Shown: piece by piece, positions 18,445 through 27,598 of the stretch | Position numbering within the stretch: position 1 is the stretch's first letter | How the letters are laid out: each line of letters starts with the position of its first letter | Origin: Burkholderiales bacterium | Lineage (GTDB): Bacteria > Pseudomonadota > Gammaproteobacteria > Burkholderiales > SG8-41 | Reading direction: 5' to 3' | Assembly: GCA_030683105.1 (NCBI GenBank) | Contig: JAUXMZ010000027.1 | Location: 12,316 to 76,315, forward strand | Length of the DNA: 64,000 nucleotides | Notes under the pieces: model-generated | Databases searched by the model: none | What the model was told of the DNA's origin: nothing | The model's input: the letters and a program-made list of their open reading frames with translations, nothing else | Made by a program: the position numbers and the translations under genes

Positions 18445-19418
18445 CGCCCGGTCTTTCCGTCCTCCGCCGCGGCCAGTTCTGCGGCTTCCCTCAGGCTTTT
18501 TGCCGTATAGCCGCTGGTCAGCCACAGCAGGGCGCCGGGCAAACTGGCGGCCGCAATGACCAGACCGAACAGCACCGAAACTGCAAATGCTGCACCCGGG
18601 GGAACGTTGATAAATCCAAATGCGACAACCATCGCGCCTTCACGCACGCCCCAGCCTGCAATCGAAACCGGGATCACGCTGATCAGAAGCACGGGCGGCA
18701 CCAGCAGCAGGCAGTCGGAAAAACCTACCTCCAGGTGCAGTGCGGCAGCAAGCCAGTAGACGATAAAAACGAAAATGACGAATCCGGCGACGGCGAGAGC
18801 CAGTATCGGCATCACGTAGCGCGGCGAGAAAGTCAGCCGGCGTGCGAGTATGGCCAGCTCAACCAGCGCGCGCGTGATGCGCCATCTGGACATAAACGGC
18901 GGAAGCTGCGGCAACGATACGAATATCAGAAAACCACAGATGCCGACCGCGATGACTGCAACGATCGCAAAGCGCGCTGCCTGGTCGGTAACGATATCGA
19001 ATAACCACGGTAGTCCCGCGCCGGCCAGCAGCAGCAGCCCGACCAGTGAAATTGCACGATCCATGATCACGGTGCGGGCGGCATCGCCCGCGCCCAGCCC
19101 CGCGCGATAAGCACACCATATCCGTACTGCGTCCCCGCCGACGGAAGAGGGCAGCGCCTGGTTGAAAAAGTGGCCGATCAGCACGATGCGCAGCGCCGTG
19201 CCGAACGGCATATGGCTGCCGCTCGCCTCGACGGCGATCATCCAGCGCAGCGCATGCAGGGGCACGACACATAATGCGCAGATGACGGCCACCGCGATTA
19301 CCCCTGAATCGATCTGGCGCAGGTACTGATAAACGCCTTTCACATCGAAAGCGTTAAGCACGACCCAGATCATGGCCAGAGATATCGCAATTTTCACCAG
19401 GGTTTTTAACAGTTTCAT
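18441..19418 (-). CDS. UPF0104 / lysylphosphatidylglycerol-synthase-TM-region family membrane protein (flippase-like)
   Basis: 325 aa, ~8 TM segments, with LRWMIAV...FFNQALPSSVGGDAVRIW characteristic of the family. Confidence 0.7.
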   Translation of the reverse strand: MKLLKTLVKIAISLAMIWVVLNAFDVKGVYQYLRQIDSGVIAVAVICALCVVPLHALRWMIAVEASGSHMPFGTALRIVLIGHFFNQALPSSVGGDAVRIWCAYRAGLGAGDAARTVIMDRAISLVGLLLLAGAGLPWLFDIVTDQAARFAIVAVIAVGICGFLIFVSLPQLPPFMSRWRITRALVELAILARRLTFSPRYVMPILALAVAGFVIFVFIVYWLAAALHLEVGFSDCLLLVPPVLLISVIPVSIAGWGVREGAMVVAFGFINVPPGAAFAVSVLFGLVIAAASLPGALLWLTSGYTAKSLREAAELAAAEDGKTGR

Positions 19419-19450
19419 CGCAGGACTGGATTGTTAATATGGCCTGCCGC

Positions 19451-20554
19451 TTACAACTGGTCTTTAAGTATGCGCACGATGCGAGCGGCCGCATGCCCGT
19501 CGCCGTAGGGAGAGCCGCCCTGTGCCATGGTTTTATAGTGATCGCCGTCGGTAAGCAGGCGACGGGACTCGGTGACTATCGCGTCCAGGTCGGATCCGAT
19601 CAGCTTGGCAACCCCCATGTCCACCGCCTCCGGACGTTCGGTAACCGAGCGCAGCACCAGCACGGGTTTGCCCAGCGCCGGCGCTTCTTCCTGAATGCCG
19701 CCGGAGTCGGTGAGGATGAAGCGGGCATCCTGCATCGCGCGCACCAGTTCCGGATAGCTCAATGGTTCGGTCAGCGTGATCTGCGGGTGATTGCCGAGAA
19801 GGGCATGGGCAGGTTTGTGGACGTTGGGATTGGGATGCACCGGGTAGAGCACGGACAGCTCGGGAAATTCGTCGCACAATTGCCTCACGGCACGAAACAC
19901 ATTTTCCAGGGGAGCGCCGAAATTTTCTCGGCGGTGAGCTGTTAGCAGTATCTCATGTGCGCGGCCAGACGGCGGGTCGCGCTCCAGCGCCGCCGTGGTG
20001 AAATGGAGCGCGTCGATGACGGTATTGCCTGTGACGTGAACAGATGCCGGTGGCGCGCCTTCGGCCAGCACATGCTGCGCTGCGCCCTGGGTCGGACAGA
20101 AATGAAAGCGTGCCAGCCGGCCGGCGACGACCCTGTTGAGTTCTTCGGGAAACGGATTATCCAGGTCGAATGAGCGCAGGCCCGCCTCGACATGAGCAAA
20201 TGGAATTCGCTGGTAGAAACTGGTGAGCGCAGCGCACATCACCGTGGTGGTGTCGCCCTGGGCCATCACCAGATCGGGTCGCGCCGCAGAAAAATGGCGC
20301 TCGAACGAGACCATCAGGCGCGAGCTCAGCATGGCAAGCGACTGGTCTTCAGTCATCACGGCCAGGTCGTCATCCACGGTGATGTCGAACCACTTGAGCA
20401 GCGGAGCCAGCAGGTCACGGTGCTGGCCGGAACACAGCACGGTCAGCCGAAATCGTCCGTCATCGCGCAGCGCGCGGATGACCGGCGCCATTTTGATAAC
20501 TTCGGGGCGGGTGCCGATGATGCAGATGACGTGCTTGCGGGATGGCGTAGTCAT
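19451..20554 (-). CDS. wecB: UDP-N-acetylglucosamine 2-epimerase (non-hydrolysing)
   Basis: Start taken at MTTPSRKHVICIIGTRPEVIKMAP, with HVEAGLRS and DSGGIQEEAP motifs. Confidence 0.85.
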   Translation of the reverse strand: MTTPSRKHVICIIGTRPEVIKMAPVIRALRDDGRFRLTVLCSGQHRDLLAPLLKWFDITVDDDLAVMTEDQSLAMLSSRLMVSFERHFSAARPDLVMAQGDTTTVMCAALTSFYQRIPFAHVEAGLRSFDLDNPFPEELNRVVAGRLARFHFCPTQGAAQHVLAEGAPPASVHVTGNTVIDALHFTTAALERDPPSGRAHEILLTAHRRENFGAPLENVFRAVRQLCDEFPELSVLYPVHPNPNVHKPAHALLGNHPQITLTEPLSYPELVRAMQDARFILTDSGGIQEEAPALGKPVLVLRSVTERPEAVDMGVAKLIGSDLDAIVTESRRLLTDGDHYKTMAQGGSPYGDGHAAARIVRILKDQL

Positions 20555-20614
20555 TTTTGTATTATGGAGGCGTTCCGTTGCGCACTCACCAAGCACCCGG
20601 GAACGAAATTAACG

Positions 20615-21391
20615 CTATTCTAGGCCGTGGATGCGCCAGGAGACCAGTTTTCTCAGCAGGCGCAGCGTGTTGCCGCCGACATCCATCTTGCTCGCGCTCT
20701 GCTTGAGATCGTAACGCAGGGCGAGCGGCACTTCGCACATGCGCGCGCCCGCCCGATTAAGCTTGAGCAGCAGTTCCACCATGCAGGCAAAGCCGGGTTC
20801 CCGCACCAGATGGCTGCTATAGCGGTTTAGCGCTTTCTGCAGCAAGCCTACGCGGTAGCCGCGATAGCCGCAGGTGTAATCCAGCACGCCGCGGCAGGGG
20901 TGCAGAACTTTGAAGAGCACTGCCGCGCCCAGGCTCAGAATGCGGCGGTGCAGGGCGACGCCGGCGATGGTTGCGCCGGCACGATAACGCGAGGCAATGA
21001 CGATGTCGTGCCCGGTTTCCAGTGCGGCGAACATCTGTGGTATCTGGCGGGGGTGATGCGTGTCGTCGCAATCCATGATGAACAGCACATCCTCCGGCTT
21101 GCCGTGCTGCGCCGCATGCGCGACCAGCGACCGCAGTCCCTGGCCCAGTCCCATGTTGCGTTCCAGTCCGATCACTTCGACGTTCAGCCGTTGCTGCCAG
21201 GCCATAACGGCTGCAACGGTGTCGTCTGTGCAACCATCATTGTAGAGCACGATGCGATACGGTAACGACTTGGAGGGAAATAATTCCAGGAACCGCGGAA
21301 ACAGCGCAGGAATGGTCGCAGCCTCGTTATAGGCAGGCAGGCCGATCCAGATGCAGCGTTCGTCAGGAGGGAAAGGTTGGGTCATATGCAA
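20615..21391 (-). CDS. GT2 polyprenol-phosphate glycosyltransferase (Dpm1/Ppm1/ArnC-like catalytic domain)
   Basis: 258 aa. IGLPAYNEA...VLYNDGCTDDT...IMDCDDTHHP. No C-terminal TM helices. Confidence 0.75.
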   Translation of the reverse strand: MHMTQPFPPDERCIWIGLPAYNEAATIPALFPRFLELFPSKSLPYRIVLYNDGCTDDTVAAVMAWQQRLNVEVIGLERNMGLGQGLRSLVAHAAQHGKPEDVLFIMDCDDTHHPRQIPQMFAALETGHDIVIASRYRAGATIAGVALHRRILSLGAAVLFKVLHPCRGVLDYTCGYRGYRVGLLQKALNRYSSHLVREPGFACMVELLLKLNRAGARMCEVPLALRYDLKQSASKMDVGGNTLRLLRKLVSWRIHGLE

Positions 21392-21495
21392 TACGCATGA
21401 TTGTACCCCAGCTTATGGCGCCAGCAGTGTCGCCGCCAGGGATCGTCTACAATATGCGCCATCGCCTGGCACGCTAAACCAATATTCAGGGCTCA

Positions 21496-22929
21496 ATGAT
21501 TTCTATTCTTTCATCCCCATCCGCTAAAACCTTGTGGTGGCTTTACGCGCTGGCTGCAGCAAGCCTGCTTGCAACCCTGCCTTTGCCTTATGTCGGGGAA
21601 GAAGCGGTATACACCATTACCACGCTCGAGATGTGGGCGAACCGCGAGTATTTCCTGACGACGCTTTACGGCACGCTTTATCCCCGGCCGCCGTTCCTCA
21701 ACTGGCTGGTCATTCCGGTGGCGAATCTCATCGGCTGGGAGCACGTGCTGCAGGCATCGCGCCTGATCACGGCCGCATCAACCGCGGCAACCGGGTTGGT
21801 GCTGGCATGGCTGACTGCGAACCTTACCGGAAATCGCATCTGGGCGGCGTTTGCCGCGCTGGTCTATCTGTCGGGCGACGTGCTGTTCTACCGGGGCTGG
21901 CTCGCCTATGCCGACTCGCTGTTCACCTTGTGCGTGTTCGCTGCGATTGCCTGCACCTGGGTTGCGGCACAGACCGGCAGGACGTGGCTGATCTGGATCG
22001 GCATGGCCGCGCTGACCTGCGGTTTTCTCGCCAAGGTGCAGACGGCCTACCTCTTCTATGGTGTTGCGTTGATTGCGCTTCTGACCCGCGGTGATTATCG
22101 CCGCGCGCTGTTGCGGCCGAGTCCGATTCTGGCGCATGTCGCCGGCGCGGCTGTTTTTATTTTATGGCATGTTTATTTTACGCGTGGCACCCAGAGTTCA
22201 GGCACGGTCGTGGACATCGTGCTCAAAATACAAACTGCGGGCCTTGCCAATTACCTCAACCAGTTGTGGACGTTCCCGCTGGAAACTTTTCTGCGATTCC
22301 TGCCGGTCAGTGTCATTGCCGCCTGGTGCTGGTATCGCGGCCGCTCGCCCGGGCAGCAACATCCCGTCGCCGCATCAGCCGCTTTCCCTGTGGTGGTACT
22401 GGTAGGAATGACGGCCATCAATTTCCTGCCCTACTGGCTCGGACCACAAAGCCATATCCGCTACATCATGCCGCTGTATCCGCTGATTGCGCTGATCATC
22501 GCCTGGATGATATGGCAGGCTGGCGCGTTGCGCATGCGGACTGCAGTGCATTGGCTGGCCGCGGCCATTGTCCTGAAGTATGTGCTCGCGCTGTGGGTGT
22601 TCCCGCTTTATCAGGAGAAATACCGCGGCAATTACGCGGCGACGGCACGGGACATCCTGGAAAAGACCCGGGGATTTCCGCTCTACGTCACGGACGTGTC
22701 CGCATCGGGCCTGAGCGTAGCAGCCAATATCGACACACTGCGCTTTCCCGACAAGCCGATCCTGTGGCCGCCTGCAAAATGGGACAACGGCTACGTGCTT
22801 TCCTATACCGCCAACCCGGAGCTGGGGCAGGCCAGCCATCGTTACGCGCTCGGCGGCAACGATCTGTATCTGCTCTGTCGTGGCGCAGCGTGCGGCGCCG
22901 CTCAGGCCGCGGACGGCTTGCGCAAATAA
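21496..22929 (+). CDS. GT-C fold membrane glycosyltransferase (ArnT/PMT-like, lipid-carrier dependent)
   Basis: 477 aa, ~11-12 TM segments. An acidic motif sits in the first loop (YVGEEAVYT). Divergent from the Dpm1-like GT2 gene. Confidence 0.65.
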   Translation: MISILSSPSAKTLWWLYALAAASLLATLPLPYVGEEAVYTITTLEMWANREYFLTTLYGTLYPRPPFLNWLVIPVANLIGWEHVLQASRLITAASTAATGLVLAWLTANLTGNRIWAAFAALVYLSGDVLFYRGWLAYADSLFTLCVFAAIACTWVAAQTGRTWLIWIGMAALTCGFLAKVQTAYLFYGVALIALLTRGDYRRALLRPSPILAHVAGAAVFILWHVYFTRGTQSSGTVVDIVLKIQTAGLANYLNQLWTFPLETFLRFLPVSVIAAWCWYRGRSPGQQHPVAASAAFPVVVLVGMTAINFLPYWLGPQSHIRYIMPLYPLIALIIAWMIWQAGALRMRTAVHWLAAAIVLKYVLALWVFPLYQEKYRGNYAATARDILEKTRGFPLYVTDVSASGLSVAANIDTLRFPDKPILWPPAKWDNGYVLSYTANPELGQASHRYALGGNDLYLLCRGAACGAAQAADGLRK

Positions 22930-23570
22930 GCCAGCATGTCGTGGCCGCGGCCGGCGGCGCGCGCCGGCAGGTTGAGCGCCTCCGCCGCCAGTTTGCCCAG
23001 CACATAACGCCAGTGTGGCGTGTGCTCCTTGTCGTGGAATTTTACCCTGCTGGTGTCCACGTGCTCGATCTCAAATCCGGCGTTTGCGGCGAGCAAGGCC
23101 ATGGAGCGCGGATTGAAAAAGCTGACATGGCCGCCGTCGCGCGCCATGTCGAAGTAATCCCAGCGCGCGCCCATGACCGCCGCGGTCCAGCTTGCCGCGT
23201 TGCCCGTGCTGAGCAGCAGGATGCCGCCGGGTTTGAGAACGCGCCGGCATTCGGCCAGCAGCGGCAGCGGTGCGCGCAGGTGCTCGACGACTTCGAACAG
23301 CGTCAAGGCGTCGAATGTGCCATCGGCATAATGCTGCTCCTCGAGCAGGTCGGTGCGCACGGGCAGTCCGCCGGCGCGCGCGGCTTCCGCGATGTGCGGC
23401 GCCGGTTCGACGCCTTCGGCGTTATAACCGGCACCAATCGCGGCGGCGATGAACTGACCGCGCGAGCACCCCACATCAAGAACGCGGATGTCGCGCGGTG
23501 CCTTGCCGAGCAGCGCGGCCGTGCATCCCACCGGGCAGGTGGTGATATAGGGCAAACCGTCATATTCCAT
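22902..23570 (-). CDS. Class I SAM-dependent methyltransferase
   Basis: VLDVGCSRGQF (motif I) and PGGILLLST (post-II). Overlaps the neighbouring genes at both ends. Confidence 0.8.
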   Translation of the reverse strand: MEYDGLPYITTCPVGCTAALLGKAPRDIRVLDVGCSRGQFIAAAIGAGYNAEGVEPAPHIAEAARAGGLPVRTDLLEEQHYADGTFDALTLFEVVEHLRAPLPLLAECRRVLKPGGILLLSTGNAASWTAAVMGARWDYFDMARDGGHVSFFNPRSMALLAANAGFEIEHVDTSRVKFHDKEHTPHWRYVLGKLAAEALNLPARAAGRGHDMLAYLRKPSAA

Positions 23571-24639
23571 AACTATATGATTTTATTCGTTTAATTACAA
23601 TGTCTGCAGCGAGGGCCTGCAGACAGTCGCTGGCGCTCGCGATATGCCGGTCGCAGCCTTCATGGCCGCAGGGCGCGCATGCGGCACGGCCCTGGATGAT
23701 CTGCACATTGCCCGCGCGCTGATCACCGAGCCGGCGCCACGGATTGGCGTTGGCCGGATGCCCCTTCGGCCACGGTCCCCATTTCACCGGATCGGTGGGG
23801 CCGAACAGCGCGAGGGTGGGCACACCCGCCGCCGCCGCCATGTGCGTGATCGCGGTGTCGGGGCCGATGTAGAACTGCGCCCGTGCGAGCAGCGCTGCAG
23901 TGCCGCCGAGCGTCAGCCGTCCGGCGGCGTTGATCACCGTATCCGGCAACTGCCGGGCGATCGTGTCGACGTAGGCGCGCTCCCCCGCATCGGGACTGCC
24001 GGTCAGCGCGACGCGAAAGCCGTTATCGAGCAGCCAGCGCGCAACGTCGATCCAGCCCTGCTCGTGCCACATCTTGTAGCGAAACTTCGGGTACGGATGC
24101 AGCACCGCCAGAGCACCACAGGATTTGCCAAGCAGCGCATCAACCGCAGCGGCATCTTCGCTGCGCCAGGCGACGACAACGTCTGAGCAGGCAGGAATGT
24201 CCAGCGTCTTGGTCAGCGCAAGATGTGAGCGCACGATGTGCGTATTGACGGCATCTAGCGCCACCCAGTGGTCGAGCAAATGCTGTTTCCAGCGTTGACC
24301 CGGCGCATCGAGCAGAAGGCCGATGCGGCGCTTGCCCGCGAGCCAGGCATAAAGCGTAGGGCGGTCGCCGGGCACCAGCGACAGTGCAAGATCGTAGCGT
24401 TTGAACAACCGTGCGATCAATGCGAGATGTTGGGTGAGGGTGGGGCGCTCCGGCACCGCATGCACGGACCGCAGGTCGGGGTTGGCGGAAAGCACGCCCT
24501 GGGTGCCGTCGAATACCAGCGCATCGATCTGCGCGCCCGGCCAGGCCTGTTTGATTGAACGAATCAGCGGCGTGGCCAGCAGTACGTCACCGATGCGGCG
24601 TGTGACGACCACCAGCACGCTGCGATGCGACACCTTCAT
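23560..24639 (-). CDS. Glycosyltransferase family 9 (LPS heptosyltransferase-like)
   Basis: 359 aa with RRIGDVLLATPLIRSIK at the N-terminus and GPDTAITHMAAAAGVPTLALFGPT near the C-terminus. Confidence 0.8.
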   Translation of the reverse strand: MKVSHRSVLVVVTRRIGDVLLATPLIRSIKQAWPGAQIDALVFDGTQGVLSANPDLRSVHAVPERPTLTQHLALIARLFKRYDLALSLVPGDRPTLYAWLAGKRRIGLLLDAPGQRWKQHLLDHWVALDAVNTHIVRSHLALTKTLDIPACSDVVVAWRSEDAAAVDALLGKSCGALAVLHPYPKFRYKMWHEQGWIDVARWLLDNGFRVALTGSPDAGERAYVDTIARQLPDTVINAAGRLTLGGTAALLARAQFYIGPDTAITHMAAAAGVPTLALFGPTDPVKWGPWPKGHPANANPWRRLGDQRAGNVQIIQGRAACAPCGHEGCDRHIASASDCLQALAADIVIKRIKSYSYGI

Positions 24640-25448
24640 AGATATTGATCGACGCCCAGTTTTGCGTAGGTGCGGCGTGACGCGATCAGATCATCCAGCA
24701 GGCGCTGGTTTTCCGCGAATCCGCTGCGGTCGGCCTCTTTGTGCCAGAGATGGAATACCGGGGCCGCAAAGCGCGCACTTTTGTATTTGATGCCCGCGAG
24801 CAGCAGGCGTATCGCCAGATCAGAATCTTCCAGCCCCCATATGCCGGCATAGGATTCGTCGAAGCCGTTTACGGCAATCAAATCCTTGCGCCACGCAGAA
24901 AGGTTGCAGGTCTTGACCCCCTTCCAGCGGTCGGGTTCGCGCCGGCGCCAGGCGCCATCAGGCAATCTGAGCAAAGGCAGCCAGCGGTTGATATCGCGGC
25001 TCATCCATGCACCCAGCCAGCGCGGCAGGCCCCAGTCATAGAGTGGCAGATGCTGTCGCAACACCCTGGCAGTGAACCGCTCGCTCAACAGGGTTCGGTT
25101 GCCCGACAAAAAGTAGCCGGGTTCGGCCAGACGCCGGTGCTGGCGTACGAAGTCGCGCGGCGGCACACAATCGGCGTCGGTGTAAATTACGTAATCGGCG
25201 CGGGTCGCCGCAAGTCCGCGGTTGCGCATGACCGTAGCCCTAAACCCGCGATCCTCATGCCAGAGATGGGTGAGCGGGAACGGGGTGTGGCGCGCATAGG
25301 ATTCGACCAGCTGCCGTACTTCGGCGGTCGAACCATCGTCGGCAATGATGACCTCGAAATCGGGATCGTCCTGGTTTTTGTAACCGTTCAGCAGCGCGGC
25401 GAGCGCATCGGGACGGTTGTAGGTGGCGACGATGACGGCTATGCGCAT
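24636..25448 (-). CDS. Glycosyltransferase family 2
   Basis: MRIAVIVATYNRPDAL...EVIIADDGS...TDADCV. Confidence 0.8.
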   Translation of the reverse strand: MRIAVIVATYNRPDALAALLNGYKNQDDPDFEVIIADDGSTAEVRQLVESYARHTPFPLTHLWHEDRGFRATVMRNRGLAATRADYVIYTDADCVPPRDFVRQHRRLAEPGYFLSGNRTLLSERFTARVLRQHLPLYDWGLPRWLGAWMSRDINRWLPLLRLPDGAWRRREPDRWKGVKTCNLSAWRKDLIAVNGFDESYAGIWGLEDSDLAIRLLLAGIKYKSARFAAPVFHLWHKEADRSGFAENQRLLDDLIASRRTYAKLGVDQYL

Positions 25449-25455
25449 TTTTCTG

Positions 25456-25570
25456 GTGATTCAGTAATTCAGTGATTAAGTGATTAAGTGATTAAGTGAT
25501 TGAGTGATTGAGTAAATCGTGAGGCATCTGCCAGCAGAAATCACTTGGTTACTTAATAACTCAATCACTA
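25456..25570. repeat. Inverted short-period array, 8-nt units (8 left, 19-nt core, 4 right)
   Basis: Left arm GTGATTCA GTAATTCA GTGATTAA x3 GTGATTGA x2 GTAAATCG. Right arm AATCACTT GGTTACTT AATAACTC AATCACTA. The last units overlap the stop of the 25561 gene. Confidence 0.9.
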
Positions 25571-26316
25571 TGTTTTTCCGAGAGCAGCATCAGCTTCAGA
25601 TAGCGGTAGTAGGACCCCTCGGCATTGGCCACCGCCAGCATGAAACCTTCGCGGCCATCAAGAAAGCCCAGGCGCAGAAAATAAGTGCGCACGAACGTCC
25701 ACCCGCCATGAAGCAGCGCGGTGAAGATCGAAGCGCGGCGGCCGCGCTCGTGCAGCATGCGCGCCGTATTGGTCGAATAGGTGTTCATCTTGGCGAGCAT
25801 CTGATCCAGGTCATCTATGGCCTGGTGCATCAGCGGCTGTTTTAGCTTGCCAGTGGCGCCTTTGACGATCAGCCGTTCATGCGTGTTGTCGTCCGAAAAC
25901 CGGGCGGCATCGCGGCGGAACAAGCGCACGACATAGTCCGGCCACCAGCCGGAATGCCGCATGTAGCGGCCGCAGAAGCTCGAGCGGCGCGGCAGGGCAA
26001 ATGCCACTTTGTCGCCGGGGGCTGCGCTCAGGCGTTCGATCTCCGCACGCAGATCGGGGGTTACCCATTCATCCGCATCGATGGAGAACACCCACTCGCC
26101 CGTGGCAAGGTCCAGCGCGCGATTTTTCTGCGGCCCGAAGCCCGGCCAGTCGGAGCTTTGGTGCAGCGCTGCGCCCAGTTCCCGACAGATGGCGGCGGTG
26201 TCGTCACTGCTGTTCGAATCAACGACGATGGTTTCATCGGCCCACGCCACCGATTCCAGGCAGCGGCGGAGCGTTCGACCGGCGTTCTTGGTGATGATGA
26301 TGGCGGAGAAGCGCAT
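25561..26316 (-). CDS. Glycosyltransferase family 2 (LPS core type)
   Basis: Start taken at MRFSAIIITKNAGRTLRRCLESV...VVDSNSSDDT...SIDADE. Confidence 0.8.
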   Translation of the reverse strand: MRFSAIIITKNAGRTLRRCLESVAWADETIVVDSNSSDDTAAICRELGAALHQSSDWPGFGPQKNRALDLATGEWVFSIDADEWVTPDLRAEIERLSAAPGDKVAFALPRRSSFCGRYMRHSGWWPDYVVRLFRRDAARFSDDNTHERLIVKGATGKLKQPLMHQAIDDLDQMLAKMNTYSTNTARMLHERGRRASIFTALLHGGWTFVRTYFLRLGFLDGREGFMLAVANAEGSYYRYLKLMLLSEKHSD

Positions 26317-26320
26317 AGCT

Positions 26321-26346
26321 GGTGAATGGTAAATGGGGAATGGTAA
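26321..26346. repeat. Heptamer array (GTGAATG GTAAATG GGGAATG GTAA)
   Basis: Read directly in the spacer downstream of the ligase gene. Inverted relative to the array at 27721-27752. Confidence 0.7.
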
Positions 26347-26371
26347 AAACAGCGCTTTGCACACTCCTTCC

Positions 26372-27592
26372 CTATTGCCTATTTCCTATTTCCTCAGATT
26401 TTACGTCACTATAAAGCAGGCCTGTGAGCCACGCGTACAGCAATCCCTCGGTGTGATCGAGCAACAGGGAATTGAACATGCAACCAATCACCATGGTCAG
26501 CACCAGGCCGCGTGCAAGTTGACATTCGAGCGGTGAGCTGAGCCGCGCTGCAAGACGCCATTGCAGCCAGAACAGCCATAACAGCACGGCAAGACCGGCG
26601 ATGCCCACCTGCGCCGCGATGTGCAGAAACTCGTTATGCGGGTTGCGCGTTTCAGTCTTGCCGGTGCCGCGCACCTTCTCGGCATAGCCCTGGGGAAAGC
26701 CGCCGGTGCCGACGCCGATGAGGGGATGATCGGCGATGATGCCCAGAGTGTTACGGTAGAACTCAAGACGGAATTCCGCCGAGTTTTGCGCCGGGCGGTC
26801 CGGTTTCCAGCCCTGTGTTTCCTTGATGATGGAGTTTGTCCGCTCCTGAAAGGGGCCGGGGACGATGGCGAGCACAGCCGCAAGCGCCGCAATTCCGGCG
26901 GCAGCCACGGCCAGCCCGCGCCAGCGACCGCGGTCGTAGCCCAGCAGCAGGGCCAGGCCGAGAAAAATGAAATAGCCTGTCGCGCCGTGCACCATCATGG
27001 TGAGGTTGATCACGGCGAGCAGCGCGAGCAGGGTCCACACCGCTTTGATTTTCAGCGACTTTGCTGTCAGCGCCAGCCAGGCGTAGAGGAAGGCGCCAAA
27101 GGCCATAAGGATGTTGTGCGTCAGATGCAGCTTGAATACGACGGGGTAATTCGCGTCGCTCACTATCAGCGGATTTTTCGGCACGATCCCGGCCTTGATC
27201 AGATACGACAGCGCCAGTACGAGCGCCAGCGATGCGGCAAATGCATGCAGCGCGTTGCGGCGCGTGGCGGCATCGCGGAACAGGAATAGGAAGATCGGGA
27301 TAAACAACAAGTCAGTGTATTTTCCCAGATAATGTGCAGCGTCACCGGCTGCGCTCACCCCATGCAATGTCCCGATAAGCAACAGCGCAAACAAGGCGAG
27401 GGCTGTCAGCGCCACGGGATTATTTAATGGTATCTGCAGTTTGAGGCTATACATGCCGCTGGCGAGCCAGCCCGCCAGGATTAGCACGAGCAATACATTG
27501 TCAAGTGCCACCGAAATGGGAATCGAGAAGCCCAGCGCGATGACCGACCAGCGCGCGACGTGATCGGCGTAACGGGCCAGGGCCCCTGGCAC
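26372..27592 (-). CDS. O-antigen ligase family (Wzy_C domain) membrane protein
   Basis: ~406 aa, ~11 TM segments with a large periplasmic loop (NPHNEFLHIAAQVG). GTG 27592 has a GGAAGAGG Shine-Dalgarno. The longer ATG 27715 start would translate two REP-like hairpins. Confidence 0.7.
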   Translation of the reverse strand: MPGALARYADHVARWSVIALGFSIPISVALDNVLLVLILAGWLASGMYSLKLQIPLNNPVALTALALFALLLIGTLHGVSAAGDAAHYLGKYTDLLFIPIFLFLFRDAATRRNALHAFAASLALVLALSYLIKAGIVPKNPLIVSDANYPVVFKLHLTHNILMAFGAFLYAWLALTAKSLKIKAVWTLLALLAVINLTMMVHGATGYFIFLGLALLLGYDRGRWRGLAVAAAGIAALAAVLAIVPGPFQERTNSIIKETQGWKPDRPAQNSAEFRLEFYRNTLGIIADHPLIGVGTGGFPQGYAEKVRGTGKTETRNPHNEFLHIAAQVGIAGLAVLLWLFWLQWRLAARLSSPLECQLARGLVLTMVIGCMFNSLLLDHTEGLLYAWLTGLLYSDVKSEEIGNRQ

Positions 27593-27598
27593 GGCAAC

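Noticed and set aside
26351-26395. CTATTNN heptamers (CCTATTGCCTATTTCCTATTTCC) as the inverted partner of the 26321-26346 array
   Set aside because: They lie inside the 3' end of the ligase ORF (coding EEIGNRQ) and are not complementary to the GTGAATG units (about 6 of 9 at best). The better partner is at 27721-27752.
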